A program made the position numbers and the translations under genes. Positions 39,850 to 53,600 of a stretch of 64,000 nucleotides of DNA are shown here, one piece after another (the first letter of the stretch is position 1; each line of letters begins with the position of its first letter). The notes beneath the pieces were generated by a model. That model made no database searches, was not told the origin of the DNA, and worked only from the letters and a program-made list of their open reading frames with translations. Source of the DNA: Eledone cirrhosa. Its lineage: Eukaryota. The stretch lies in assembly GCA_964016885.1 (NCBI GenBank), contig OZ024742.1:358174001-358238000 (forward strand). The letters run 5' to 3'.

Positions 39850-42800
39850 ATGGGGACAGATGGCCTCAACATAAAGCCACCAAACCGCCATTTCTTCATT
39901 AAGGACCTAATATCCGGAAGAGGTTTCCTCGTGGATACAGGAGCCTCCTGTAGTATCTGGCCGGTCCATTGCCTGAAAGATACCCCCATAGAGTCATCTG
40001 TCACGCTGCAGGCAGTTAACCACTCGTCTATAAAGACGTACGGGCAAATCTCGCTCCCTCTTAAATTCCTAAATCTTCGAAGGGATTTTAAGTGGATTTT
40101 TACGGTTGCCGATTTGCCATATCCCATCTTAGGAGCGGATTTCCTCCACAACTTCTCTTTAACTGTGGACGTCCGTGGCCAACGCCTGGTGGATAACATC
40201 ACCGGCTTTTCAATTCATGGCCAGGAAGCCAAGGCCCCAATAGTCAGCCCCGTGTTCTTTATTGCTGCCGCTGGTGACGCTTACCATGCGTTACTGGGTT
40301 CTTTCCCGGAGCTCACGGATGGAAATTTTCGAGTCACTGACCCAACACACTCGACCGAACATTTTGTTTCCACCACCGGTGCCCCAGTGTTTTCGCGCCC
40401 ACGCCGCTTACCGACGGAAAAATTAAAGGCAGCACGGTCCGAGTTCGACCATATGCTGCAGCTGGGCATTATTCGCCCATCTACGAGTCCTTGGGCTTCA
40501 CCGTTACACATGGTGCCCAAGACTTCCGGCGACTGGAGACCCACGGGGGATTATAGGAGGTTAAATGCCATGACCGTCCCGGATAGGTATCCCATTCCCC
40601 ATCTCCACGATTTTGCATCTTCACTGCAGGGGTGTAAGATTTTTTCTAAGCTAGATTTAGTGCTAGCCTACCACCAAATTCCGGTCAGGAAGGAGGATAT
40701 TCCGAAAACTGCAATTACAACCCCTTTCGGATCATTCGAATTTTTGACCATGCCTTTCGGACTCAGGAACGCCGCTAGCACTTTTCAGCGGTTCATAGAC
40801 GAGGTCACGCGTGGTCTGGACTTCGTCTATGCTTACATAGACGATATTCTCGTCGCTAGTTCCTCTCCGGAAGAGCATATGCGCCACATGCTTCTCTTAC
40901 TTCGGCGACTTCAGGATTACCGCGTTCGCGTGAATCCTGCAAAGTGTGTTTTCGGTTCCACTTCCCTACATTTTTTAGGCCACCTCATCGACGCCGAAGG
41001 TATTAGGCCGCTCCCTGAGCGAGTTCAAGCCATACAGGAGTTACCGCCGCCTACTGCACTTCACCAGTTGCGTCACTTCTTAGGCCTAATCAATTTCTAT
41101 AGGCGTTTCATTCCTCATTGTGCTAATTGGCTATCTTCCCTTACTGACATTTTAAAAAAACGTCGTAAGAAGAATGAAGACATTTCCTTGACACAAGGAC
41201 AGCTTCAGGACTTCCAGTCTGCCAAGACAGCCCTCGCTAGTTCTTCTTTGCTAGCCCACCCGGTGCCAGAGGCCAAGCTTTCGCTTTGTGTTGATGCATC
41301 TGATACCGCTGTGGGAGCAGTTTTACAGCAGTCTTACGCTGAAAGCCAACAACCTTTGGCATTTTTCTCGAGGAAGTTGAAACCAGCAGAAACGCGTTAT
41401 AGCACGTTTGGGCGGGAATTATTAGCCATATATCTGTCGGTGAAACATTTCTCTCATATCCTTGAGGGGAGAAATTTTACGGTTTTTACCGACCACAAAC
41501 CGTTGACCTTCGCTTTGAGGGCCAAAGCCGACAGATATTCGCCCAGAGAGACAAGGCACCTGGACTACGTTTCACAATTTACAAACGATATCCAGCACAT
41601 TGCCGGCTCGCACAACATAGTTGCAGACGCATTATCTCGTTTGCCAATTAACTCCATCTCGTCATCCCAGGACATCGATTTAGGTCGTTTAGCTGCAGAC
41701 CAACCTGCACTCCAATCGTTGGACACTCTTTCCACCGAATTTGCGACTTGCATTTTCAAATATCTGCCCTTGTCCACCACCGATAGGCAGATCCTTTGTG
41801 ATGTATCCACTGATGCACCACGACCACTTGTTCCTGAGACTCACCGTCGAATTGTGTTCCTGGCTCTGCACAACATTTCTCATCCAGGATCTGCTGCCAC
41901 AGTTAAACTTATAACAGCCAGATTCTTCTGGCCTAATATGAGGCGAGACATTGCTGTTTTTTGCCGTTCCTGTATCGCTTGCCAGAAATCGAAGATCCAT
42001 AGACACATCCGGACTCCACTTGGTACTTTCACCACTCCAGATGCCCGGTTTCAACACATCCACATTGACATCGTTGGACCTTGGCCATTCAGCAGTGGAT
42101 ATTCATACATATTGACGTGTGTCGATCGTTTTTCGAGATGGCCTGAGGCCATCCCTTTACAAGACATGACTGCTGAGACTGTAGCACGTGCCCTGGTATC
42201 AGGGTGGATTACCCGCTTTGGGGTACCAACTACACTCACCACAGACCGCGGTAGACAATTCGAGTCCCATCTCTTCTCTGAGCTCACAAAAATAATTGGA
42301 GCTCAACGGATTCGGACCACAGCCTATCATCCTGCTTCAAATGGAATGGTGGAACGATTCCACCGCCAATTAAAGGCCGCTCTTCGCGCCTATCCAGACT
42401 CTCAACGTTGGAGCGAGTACCTTCCTATTGTGTTATTAGGAATTCGGTCATCAATAAAGGAGGACCTTGGGTTCTCCCCGGCCGAATTAATTTACGGTGC
42501 CCCTCTAGCGTTGCCTGGGCAAATGCTTGCCCCTGTTGATCTTGCTTTCCAAGATCCGCTTTCCTACGTATCCCGTCTGCGTTCTTATTTACAGGACCTG
42601 CCGCCGATGGATACGAGGAAGCAAACTGTAAAACATGCGGTCCCGAGGGACATTGCCTCGTGGACCCATGTGTTCGTAAGGAACGATGCTGTGAGACCAC
42701 CCCTCACACAACCATACTCTGGACCCTACCGTGTGTTAGCACGCACTGACAAACATTTCACTGTAGACGTTAAGGGGTCCAGAGAGACAATTTCGGTGGA

Positions 42801-42978
42801 TAGACTGAAAAGGGCACACAATGACGCTCATACACCCGAGCCACAAATACCCCAATCTTTCACCATTGTGCATACACCTGCTCCTTCTGCCCCACCTTCA
42901 CCTACATACAAGACTACGACCCGTTCCGGTCGGAGAGTCCACTGGCCCAAAAAGTTCTGCCAAACTATTTTTATATGA
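39850..42978 (+). CDS. pol: Pol polyprotein (protease, RT, RNase H, integrase), uninterrupted
   Basis: FLVDTGAS; [18 protein letters not shown]; DAS..VGAVL, TDHKPL; H..HPG..C..C; [21 protein letters not shown]; GPY. Confidence 0.96.
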   Translation: MGTDGLNIKPPNRHFFIKDLISGRGFLVDTGASCSIWPVHCLKDTPIESSVTLQAVNHSSIKTYGQISLPLKFLNLRRDFKWIFTVADLPYPILGADFLHNFSLTVDVRGQRLVDNITGFSIHGQEAKAPIVSPVFFIAAAGDAYHALLGSFPELTDGNFRVTDPTHSTEHFVSTTGAPVFSRPRRLPTEKLKAARSEFDHMLQLGIIRPSTSPWASPLHMVPKTSGDWRPTGDYRRLNAMTVPDRYPIPHLHDFASSLQGCKIFSKLDLVLAYHQIPVRKEDIPKTAITTPFGSFEFLTMPFGLRNAASTFQRFIDEVTRGLDFVYAYIDDILVASSSPEEHMRHMLLLLRRLQDYRVRVNPAKCVFGSTSLHFLGHLIDAEGIRPLPERVQAIQELPPPTALHQLRHFLGLINFYRRFIPHCANWLSSLTDILKKRRKKNEDISLTQGQLQDFQSAKTALASSSLLAHPVPEAKLSLCVDASDTAVGAVLQQSYAESQQPLAFFSRKLKPAETRYSTFGRELLAIYLSVKHFSHILEGRNFTVFTDHKPLTFALRAKADRYSPRETRHLDYVSQFTNDIQHIAGSHNIVADALSRLPINSISSSQDIDLGRLAADQPALQSLDTLSTEFATCIFKYLPLSTTDRQILCDVSTDAPRPLVPETHRRIVFLALHNISHPGSAATVKLITARFFWPNMRRDIAVFCRSCIACQKSKIHRHIRTPLGTFTTPDARFQHIHIDIVGPWPFSSGYSYILTCVDRFSRWPEAIPLQDMTAETVARALVSGWITRFGVPTTLTTDRGRQFESHLFSELTKIIGAQRIRTTAYHPASNGMVERFHRQLKAALRAYPDSQRWSEYLPIVLLGIRSSIKEDLGFSPAELIYGAPLALPGQMLAPVDLAFQDPLSYVSRLRSYLQDLPPMDTRKQTVKHAVPRDIASWTHVFVRNDAVRPPLTQPYSGPYRVLARTDKHFTVDVKGSRETISVDRLKRAHNDAHTPEPQIPQSFTIVHTPAPSAPPSPTYKTTTRSGRRVHWPKKFCQTIFI

Positions 42979-42997
42979 ACTGGCTATTGGAGCCTTA

Positions 42998-43028
<31 letters not shown>

Positions 43029-43804
43029 TTTCTTTTTTTTTTTTGCTGTTCTTATTTATTTGATTTATTGTATTGCAATGTACCTCTCATGACCATTTCA
43101 CTGGATGTATATATATGTTTTTCGTTTCCTTTACAATGAACATTTTAAGCTATATTCTTCTCTTTGCCGGTTTATAAGTTTGCAATGTAAATTTACCGTT
43201 GATAACCGCGCATTTAGTAAGAATGCTTATTTCTCTGGTCGCTGGCCTCTGGACCCTTCCAGGTCAACGCATTCTCAACATCGACCATCAACTTCGGCTG
43301 CTATTTCTAGCACTTTGCGCAACTCATTTTTTCTGAAAAATTTTTTGTTTACTGTGAATTTAAACACCGAATACGCTCACTCAGCAGCAACACCAACAGC
43401 AATATAACAGCAACAGCAGCAGCAACAGCAATATAACAGCAACAGCAATACAGCAGCAGCAGCAACAGCAACAGCAATACATCAACTCAGCTTCACCAAC
43501 AACCAAAGCCAGAGAATTTATTTTTGCAGCACTCTTCCTGTGAGAAAATCCATTTGGATGTTGGAAATGTCACGATATACCACAGAACAGAAACCACCTG
43601 CATTCATTCTCTGGAATACACTTTCTTTCCTGCTGTCATGTGATTGCACACCTGTGAACTATATTTTGTACATTTGAACTTTTGACCTCTTTTCTTACTT
43701 CCATTACTCTGTACCATACTTTTCATGCCTCTTGCATGCTCGCCATCTTACTCCATGCATGCTTCTTTCGATTTTTTATGTTTTAAAAATCTGGCGGGGG
43801 ATAC

Positions 43805-44232
43805 TGTAGTAAGAGTTGCCTCCCCTGCCACGACAATCGAATCGCTGTTCTCTAGACAGGAAGTAGGTGGAGTTGCTTCCCTTTGGGATTAACCAAACTC
43901 CCTAGTGGTCACTTCCGGTCAACAGAGATAAAAGGAGCGATTAACCGCGAAATCTCTCTCTCGCCTCCTGATTCCTGAAGTGGTAACATCTTCGACCATA
44001 GCTGGTGATTCTTTCTGGACGACCCTTTCGTTACCAGCACAATGCAGCTCACCAGCCTGAGATGAGAGCGCCAAGACATTTTCTACCAACTTCACAATCG
44101 TATTATTGCCATCGGGTAACAACCCTTTACATTATACACCTTTGACTTCTATGAAGTAAAACTTTATCACACACACCAGTACTCTTTGTCTTTTATATTA
44201 TGTTGCATGTGCACCGATATCTATTTCCTAAA
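43805..44232 (+). repeat. 3' LTR
   Basis: Direct repeat of 38125-38552. Confidence 0.95.
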
Positions 44233-44680
44233 GGCGTAATTTCACTACTTATCATAGGTGATATATTTGTTTTGTAAGGTTTTTGTTATAAACAGATATT
44301 ATTATATTTGTTATGAAACAGATATTATTATATTTGGGGTTAAGCAGTCCTAATATGGCTGCAGCGACTAGCGCCACCTTGCCCGGGGAGAAAAAACTAA
44401 TTGGAGTTACTTCCCGTTGAATTCTAGAGGATTCCTTGAACTTCTGGTCTAGGGATTATAAAGGAGGGAGAAAAGAGACATCTTGGCTTATTTGGCGACG
44501 GCTCTTGGACAGTTTACTCACGAGCGAGTTTGTTAATCTTATTATATCTGTATCCAATTAAATTAGTGGTTGGCTTGCAGTGGCGTTTACCAAAGTAAAT
44601 AACCCTGTGACTAAATTCACTAAATGGCCAACAAATAATAAAACACATTCACTTTTTGGTTGCGCTTTCACTTCAGTATA

Positions 44681-45294
44681 CAGCGGTACCTTGACTTACG
44701 AGTGTCCCAACTAACGAGTTTTCATATTTCGGCCAATTTTTTGCTTTGAGTTGCGAGCTAAAATTCTGGTTATGAGCCAGCTTCAGATACCCCTCCGCTA
44801 GTTGGCGTAGCGACCGCCATCGTGAACGCCGTAACATCCGCCCAGCATCCCATAGGTCTGAAGAAAATGAGCGCGAAGGATAGTGCTGAGAAGAAGAAAC
44901 GGATGATGTGCATTAAATTAAAGAAAGAAATTATCGAAAACCGACCATGGTATGCATGTAGTGGACTTGGCGAAGCAGTACGAGCGTAGCACTTTTACGA
45001 TCTGCACCATACTGAAGCAGAAGGAGTGGATAAAGGCTATAACCACAGCCAAGGGAGTTAAAATAATTTCTAAACAGCTGACATCTATCCATGAAAATAT
45101 GGAAAAGCTGCTGATAGTGTGGTTAACGGAGAAGCAGCTCGCAAGAGATACTGTAACGAAGACTATATTCTGCATGAAGGCATGAGCTATTTACGCTGAT
45201 TTTTACAGCAGACCCCAGGTACTGCGACATAGAGTAATTTGAGTTACGAGCTCCGTCATGGAACAAATTAAACTCGTAAGTCAAGGTACCACTG
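44681..45294 (+). mobile_element. Internally deleted Tigger/pogo DNA transposon
   Basis: TIRs CAGCGGTACCTTGACTTACGAGT / ACTCGTAAGTCAAGGTACCACTG; TA target duplication; CENP-B-type HTH remnant (DLAKQY..TICTILKQK..MEKLLIVWL). Confidence 0.9.
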
Positions 45295-45825
45295 TATTTA
45301 TATAAGATAGTACACAAAAGAATAAAGAAAATCAAAATTATCTTACTAAAAAAATATTCAAACACTCTCTTTGAAGTATACTGAAGTGTATATGAGAGTA
45401 AGAGAGAGGTGTCATAGAAATGGCACCATCTTCTTCGCTCACTTATTCCTGGAAGGGTCATGTAGGCAGAATCCTAAAATGCACCTTCCAACAGGTCCTG
45501 TCAGTAGTAACTGTCTCCAAATGATCCAGCTGAATTCCCAAGCAAGACAGGCCAACCATCTTGCTCAAGGTCTACCCCTGAGTCTCCTGTTAGTTTGTTA
45601 TGCTCATAAAGTCTGTCCTGCAATTCATTCCTGAGAAATTTCTAACCACATACCTGAAATGGCACAGAGCTAGATTAGATAAATTTCTTGTAGTTTTTTT
45701 GGTATGACTATTTACATTCTGAGTCCAAATCCTATTTTGGTAGATCACATAAATACACAGTGTTTCTGTGGTTTGACATAGTTGAATGATTAAAATGTAA
45801 CATTATAACAGCTTGTTATATATAA

Positions 45826-46010
45826 GGGCGGTGAATTGGCAGTATTGGTAGAAGTATTGGACGCCATGCTTTCCAGCATAGTTATGTACCTTTACAGTCT
45901 GAGTTCAAATCCCCCCGAGGTTAACTTTGCCTTTCATCCTCATGGGTCGATAAAATAAACTACCAGTAATGTACTGGGTGATTGCTGGCCTTGTGCCAAA
46001 AGTAGAAACA
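45826..46010 (+). mobile_element. tRNA-SINE, second family
   Basis: GGCGGTGAATTGGCAG..GAGTTCAAATCC..TTTGCCTTTCATCC..GTCGATAAAATAA. Confidence 0.65.
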
Positions 46011-46101
46011 ATTATAACAGACATATAGAATATCAAAGCAAACAACACTGAACACCCCGAAGAAATATATTAGTTTAACACTTGAAATAACAGGAAAAGA
46101 G

Positions 46102-46137
46102 TCTTAACATTTCAGACACTAGTCCTTCATCAGAAGA
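46102..46137 (-). ncRNA. Candidate minimal hammerhead, probably decayed
   Basis: UCUU-CUGAUGA-AGGAC-UAGU-GUCU-GAAA-UG-UU-AAGA. Confidence 0.5.
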
Positions 46138-46287
46138 TAAAGTTAGAAATAAAAGATAAAATAGAAAGATGAAAAGTGAGAAGAGGAATTAATTTTTTTT
46201 AAATGAGAAAAAAATACACTTGCTTATTCAGTCAGCCATACATTGGCATATATTAATTTATTGGGGATCACAAACATAGAAAATCTT

Positions 46288-46678
46288 GATTCATCATCAT
46301 CATCATCATCATACGTCCGCTTTTCCCTGCTTGCAAGGGAGGGACGAGTCCTATTCAGCACAGCATCTCTCCACTTGTCACGGTCCTTCGTCATCTTCTC
46401 CGTGAGCTTCAGCGATCTGAGATCTGCTCTCACCACCTCCGCCCATGTTTTTTGTGGTCTTCCTCTACTGTGTCTTCCTTCCACTGGGATTTCTTGGCAC
46501 TTCTTTACCCAGCGGTCATCCTCCATGCGCATCACATGTCCATACCATCTCAGTCTTCTCTCCTGCACACCACAACTTATCCCTCTTATATCCAGTTTCT
46601 TTCTCAACTCGTCTATGTTTGGTCGTTCACGCACATTGACATTGCACATCCAACGGAGCATGCTTGCTTCATTTCTCT
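46288..46678 (-). mobile_element. RTE family B 3' fragment
   Basis: MLRWMCNV..RLRWYGHVMRM..GRPQKTW..LASREKRT followed by (GAT)n. Confidence 0.92.
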
Positions 46679-47059
46679 AATGATTAGGTTTGATAATATA
46701 GGTCAAAGATGGGAAACATGTGGCTTTAAGGCCTCATGTGGCCTTCTATGCCATTCAGTGTGGCCTTTTGAAAGAATAAAGAATTTCCAACAAATTTTTA
46801 ATTTTTATTAATGTTTATGTCTATCATTCATTTTAATTTAAAACTTAAGATGAACGTATTTTAAATACCAAAGATCAGAAGAAAATTGAACAAAATATTC
46901 CAAACTGACAGGCAGCTAGAATGAAAGATTTTGTAGCCCATAAGGGCCATTTCAGCATTTCCTATGCTTATGTTTTAGTTCTAATGTGACTGTACAATGT
47001 ACATTAATTTCCTGTTTGACTGGAGCCACTATACCCTGAGGCTGGTTGGTGAGAACTTG

Positions 47060-47134
47060 CAGTAATTTAGTATGCCAGTACTATGACAGTCATTTAGTAT
47101 GCCAGTACTATCACAGTAATTTAGTATGCCAGTG
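47060..47134. repeat. 3 x ~27 bp minisatellite
   Basis: CAGT(A/C)ATTTAGTATGCCAGT repeated three times. Confidence 0.8.
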
Positions 47135-47659
47135 ATTATCAGAATTTCAAGAATATATAATTAGTTTCTTGGAAGCAGATTTATTACAAGTAACTTAATG
47201 CAGCCTTTCAACATGACATGTTTCCCCACCTCAGATCTAGGTATTTGAAAATTTTGTAACCGTGTATCTAATATAATTTTAAAAATTTATTGAAAATAAT
47301 CAAGAATTTTTAGAGATTTATCAAATAAATTTTTCCATTATTAACAAAGAACTTTACATAACATTTTCATGGAAGATGTTCAGATAAACAGAAACATTTT
47401 TTAAGTAAACAACTATTTATAATAGAACCATGACTGGTTTCAAGCAGTTTGGTATCAATTGGTTTAATTGGAGTGAATTAATCATTGAACAATGAAGACA
47501 ATATATATAATTAGAGGTAATATCCTACAAAAAGAAATAGTATAAATAGAGATATCAATATTATATATGTGACTGTGGGGATGTGCTGACCAGATGGTAC
47601 TGCATGTAGTTCAGTATTGCGCAACTCAGATGTTTTCCGATGGCCGGGAGCCTGTCTAT

Positions 47660-50600
47660 AATACTACAAATGACACCTTGATCTGACTCACAACTCTTGA
47701 CTTGCCTCTCTAACTATTGTGTAATGTTGTAAATGATACCTTGATCTGGCTCATCAGTCTTGACTTGCATCTCTAACTATTGTGTAAAGCTGCAAATGAT
47801 ACCTTGATCTGACTCACCAGTCTTGAGTTGCCTTTCCAGTTATTGTGTAATGTTGCAAATGATACCTTGATCTGACTCACCAATCTTGACTTGCTTCTCT
47901 AACTATTGTGTAATGCTACAAATGATACCTTGATCTGACAGACCAGTCTTGACTTGCCTCTCTAACTATTGTGTAATGTTGTAAATGATGTCTTGATCTG
48001 ACACACCAGTCTTGACTTGCCTCTCTAACTATTGTGTAATGTTGTAAATGATACCTTGATCTGACTCACCAATCTTGACATGCCTCTCTAACTATTGTGT
48101 AATGTTGTAAATGATACCTTGATCTGACTCACCAGTCTTGTCTTGCCTCTCTAACTATTGTGTTATGCTGCAAATGATACCTTGATCTGACTCACCAGTC
48201 TTGACTTGCCTCTCTAACTATTGTGGAATACTGAAAATAATACCTTCATCTGACACACCAGTCTTGGCTTGCCACTCTAACTATTGTGTGATGTTGTAAA
48301 TGATACCTTGATCTGAATCACCAGTCTTGACTTGGCTCTCTAACTATTGTGAAATGTTCTGACTCACAAGTCTTGACTTGCCTCGCTAACTATTGTGTAA
48401 TGCTGCAAATGATACCATGATTTGACTCACCATTCTTGTCTTGCCTCTCTAAATATTGTGTAATGCTGCAAATGATACCTTGATCTGACAGACCAGTCTT
48501 GACTTGCCTCTCTAACTATTGTGTAATGCTGCAAATGATATGTTGATCTGACTCACCAGTCTAGACTTGCCTCTCTAACTATTGTGTAAAGTTGTAAATG
48601 ATACCTTTATCTGACTCACCGGTCTAGACTTGCCCCTCTAACTATTGTGTAATGTTGTAAATGATAACTTGATGTGACTCACCAGTCTTGACTTGCCTCT
48701 CTAACTATTGTGGAATGTTATAAATGATACCTTGATCTGACTGACCAGTCTTGACTTGCATCTCTAACTATTGTGTAATGCTGCAAATGATGCCTTCATC
48801 TGACTCACCAGTCTTGACTTGCCTCTCTAACTATTGTGTAATGCTGAAAATGATACCTTCATCTGACTCACCAGTCTTGACTTGCCTCTCTAACTATTGT
48901 TTAATGTTGTAAATGATAACTTGATGTGACTCACCAGTCTCGACTTGCCTCTCTAACTATTGTGGAATGTTATAAATGATACCTTGATCTGACTGACCAG
49001 TCTTGACTTGCCTCTCTAACTATTGTGTAATGCTGCAAATGATACCTTGATCTGACTCACCAGTCTCGACTTGCCTCTCTAAATATTGTGTAATGCTGTA
49101 AATGATACCTTGATCTGACTCACCAGTCTTGACTTGCCTCTCTAACTATTGTGTAATGCTGCAAATGATACCTTGATCTGACTCACCAGTCTTGACTTGC
49201 CTCTCTAACTATTGTGTAATGTTGTAAATGATACCTTTATCTGACTCACCAGTCTTGACTTGCCTTTCTAACTATTGTGTAATGCTGTAAATGATACCTT
49301 AATATGAATCACCGGTCTTGACTTGCCTCTCTAACTATTGTGTAATGTTGTAAATGATACTTTTATCTGACACACCGGTCTAGACTTGCCTCGCTAGCTA
49401 TTGCGTGATGTTGTAAATGATAACTTGATCTGACTCACCAGTCTTGACTTGCCTCTCTAACTATTGTGTAATGCTGCACATGATATGTTGATCTGACTCA
49501 CCAGTCTTGACTTGCCTCTCTAACAATGGTGTAATGTTGTAAATGATACCTTGATCTGACTCACCAGTCTTGACTTGCCTCTCTAACTATTGTGTAATGC
49601 TGCAAATGATACCTTGATATGACTCACCAGTCTTGACTTGGCTCTCTAACTATTGTGTAATGTTGTAAATGATACCTTGATTTGACTCACCAGTCTTGTC
49701 TTGCCTCTCTAAATATTGTGTAATGCTGCAAATGATACCTTGATCTGACTCATCAGTCTTGTCTTGCCTCTCTAAATATTGTGTAATGCTGCAAATGATA
49801 CCTTGATCTGACTCACCAGTCTTGACTTGCCTTTCTAACTATTGTGTAATGCTGTAAATGATACCTTGATCTGACTCACCAGTCTAGACTAGCCTCTCTA
49901 ACTATTGAGTAATGTTATAAATGATACCTTGATCTGACTCACCAATCTTGACTTGCCTCTCTAACTATCGTGTAATGCTGCAAATGATATGTTGATCTGA
50001 CTCACCAGTCTTGACTTGCCTCTCTAACTATTGTGTAATGCTGCAAATGATAACTGATCTGACTCACCAGTCTTGACTTGCCTTTCTAACTATTGTGTAA
50101 TGTTTTAAATGATACCTTGATCTGACTCACCAATCTTGACTTGCTTCTTTAACTATTGTGTAATGCTGCAAATGATAGCTTTATCTGACTCACCAGTCTT
50201 GAGTTGCCTCTCTAACTATTGTGTAATGCTGCAAATGATACCTTGATCTGACTCACCAGTCTTGACTTGCCTTTCTAACTATTGTGTAATGCTGCACATG
50301 ATAGGTTGATCTGACTCAGCAGTCTTGACTTGCCTCTCTAACTATTGTGTAATGTTGTAAATGATACTTTTATCTGACACACCGGTCTAGATTTGCCTCT
50401 CTAGCTATTGCGTGATGTTGTAAATGATACCTTGATCTGACTCACCAGTCTTGACTTGCCTCTCTAACTATCGTGTAATGCTGCACATGATATGTTGATC
50501 TGACTCACCAGTCTAGATTTGCGTCTCTAACTATTGTGTAAAGTTGTAAATGATACCTTTATCAGACTGACCGGTCTAGACTTGCCTCTCTAGCTATTGC

Positions 50601-53600
50601 GTGATATTGTAAATGATAACTTGATGTGACTCACCAGTCTTTACTTGCCACTCTAACTATTGTGTAATGTTGTAATTGATACCTTGATCTGAATCTCCAG
50701 TCTTGACTTGGCTCTCTAACTATTGTGCAATATTGTAAATGATACCTTGATTTGACTCACCAGTCTTGTCTTGCCTCTCTAAATATTGTGTAATGCTGCA
50801 AACGATACCTTGATCTGACTCACCAGTCTTGACTTGCCTTTCTAACTATTGTGTAATGCTGTAAATGATACCTTGATCTGACTCACCAGCCTAGACTAGC
50901 CTCTCTAACTATTGAGTAATGTTATAAATGATACCTTGATCTGACTCACCAATCTTGACTTGCCTCTCTAACTATTGTGTAATGCTGCACATGATATGTT
51001 GATCTGACTCACCAGTCTTGACTTGCCTCTCTAACTATTGTGTAATGCTGCAAATGATACTTGATCTGACTCACCAGTCTTGACTTGTCTTTCTAACTAT
51101 TGTGTAATGTTTTAAATGATACCTTGATCTGACTCACCAATCTTGACTTGCCTCTCTAACTATCGTGTAATGCTGCAAATGATATGTTGATCTGACTCAC
51201 CAGTCTTGACTTGCCTCTCTAACTATTGTGTAATGCTGCAAATGATAATTGATCTGACTCACCAGTCTTGACTTGCCTTTCTAACTATTGTGTAATGTTT
51301 TAAATGATACCTTGATCTGACTCACCAATCTTGACATGCTTCTCTAACTATTGTGTAATGCTGCAAATGATAGCTTTATCTGACTCACCAGTCTTGAGTT
51401 GCCTCTCTAACTATTGTGTAATGCTGCAAATGATACCTTGATCTGACTCACCAGTCTTGACTTGCCTTTCTAACTATTGTGTAATGCTGCACATGATAGG
51501 TTGATCTGACTCAGCAGTCTTGACTTGCCTCTCTAACTATTGTGTAATGTTGTAAATGATACTTTTATCTGACACACCGGTCTAGACTTGCCTCTCTAGC
51601 TATTGCGTGATGTTGTAAATGATAACTTGATCTGACTCACCAGTCTTGACTTGCCTCTCTAACTATCGCGTAATGCTGCACATGATATGTTGATCTGACT
51701 CACCAGTCTAGATTTGCGTCTCTAACTATTGTGTAAAGTTGTAAATGATACCTTTATCTGACTCACCAGTCTTGACTTGCCTCTCTAACTATTGTGTAAT
51801 GCTGAAAATGATACCTTAATCTGGCTCACCAGTCTTGACTTGCCTCTCTAACTATTGTTTAATGTTGTAAATGATACCTTTATCTGACTCACCAGTCTTG
51901 TCTTGCCTCTCTAACTATTGTGTAATGCTGCAAATGATACCTTAATCTGACTCACCAGTCTTGACTTGCCTCTCTAACTATTGTGTAATGCTGAAAATGA
52001 TACCTTCATCTGACACACCAGTTTGACCTGCCTCTCTAACTATTGTGTAATGCTGTAAATGATACCTTGATCTGACTCACCAGTCTAGACTTGGCTCTCT
52101 AGCTATTGCGTAATGTTGTAAATGATGACTTGATCTGACTCACCAGTTTTGACTTGCCTCTTTAACTATTGTGTAATGTTATAAATGATACCTTGATCTG
52201 ACTCACCAGTCTTGACTTGCCTCTCTAACTATTGTGTAATGTTGTAAATGATACCTTTATCTGACTCACCAGTCTTGACTTGCCTTTCTAACTATTGAGT
52301 AATGCTGTAAATGATACCTTAATATGACTCACCAGTCTTGACTTGCCTCTCTAACTATGGTGTAATGTTGTAAATGATACCTTGATCTGACTCACCAGTC
52401 TTGACTTGCCACTCTCACTATTGTGTAATGCTGCAAATGATACCTTGATCTGACTCATCAGTCTTGTCTTGCCTCTCTAACTATTGTCTAATGCTGCAAA
52501 TGATACCTTGATTTGACTCACCTGTCTTGACTTGCCTCTCGAACTATTGTGTAATGTTGTAAATGATACCTTGATCTGACTAATCCAGCCTTGACTTGCC
52601 TCTCTAACTATTGTGTAATGTTGTAAATGATATCTTGATCTGAGTCACCAGTCTTGACTTGCCTCTCTAACTATTGTGTAATGCTGTAAATGATACCTTA
52701 ATATAACTCACCAGTCTTGACTTGCCTCTTTAACTATGGTGTAATGTGGTAAATGATACCTTGATCTGACTCAACAGTCTTGACTTGCCTCTCTAACTAT
52801 TGTGTAATGCTGCAAATGATACCTTGATATGACTAACCAGTCTGGAGTTGCCAGTCTAAACATTGTGTAATGCTGCAAATGATACCTTGATCTGACTCAC
52901 CAGTCTTGACTTGCCTCTGTAACTATTGTGTAATGTTGTAAATTTTACCTTGATCTGACTCACCAGTCTTGACTTGCCTCTCTAACTATTGTGTAATGCT
53001 GTAAATGATACCTTGATCTGACTCACCGGTCTAGACTTGCCTCTCTAACTTTTATGGAATGTTGTAAATGATACCTTGATGAGACTCACCAGTCTTGACT
53101 TGCCTCTCTAACTATTGTGGAATGTTGTAAATGATACCTTGATCTGACTCACCAGTCTTGTCTTGCCTCTCTAACTATTGTGTTATGCTGCAAATGATAC
53201 CTTGATCTGACTCACCAGCCTTGACTTGCCTCTCTAACTATTGTGTAATGCTGCAAATGATACCTTGATTTGACTCACCAGTCTTGACTTGCCTCTCGAA
53301 CTATTGTGTAATGTTGTAAATGATACCTTGATCTGACTAATCCAGCCTTGACTTGCCTCTCTAACTATTGTGTAATGTTGTAAATGATATCTTGATCTGA
53401 CTCACCAGTCTTGACTTGCCTCTCTAACTATTGTGTAATGTTGTAAATGATACCTTTATCTGAGTCACCAGTCTTGACTTGCCTCTCTAACTATTGTGTA
53501 ATGCTGTAAATGATACCTTAATATGACTCACCAGTCTTGACTTGCCTCTCTAACTATGGTGTAATGTTGTAAATTATACCATGATCTGACTTACCAGTCT

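Larger units (their letters stand above)
38125..44232 (+). mobile_element. Full-length Ty3/Gypsy LTR retrotransposon
   Basis: Two 428-bp LTRs, GGCG target-site duplication (38121-24 and 44233-36), PBS, G-rich tract before the 3' LTR, gag and pol. Confidence 0.97.

Noticed and set aside
42979-43804. Possible env gene after pol
   Set aside because: Only short low-complexity ORFs and CAG/CAA repeats
44309-44680. Possible solo LTR (TATA-like and AATAAA motifs)
   Set aside because: No second copy, clear termini or target duplication visible
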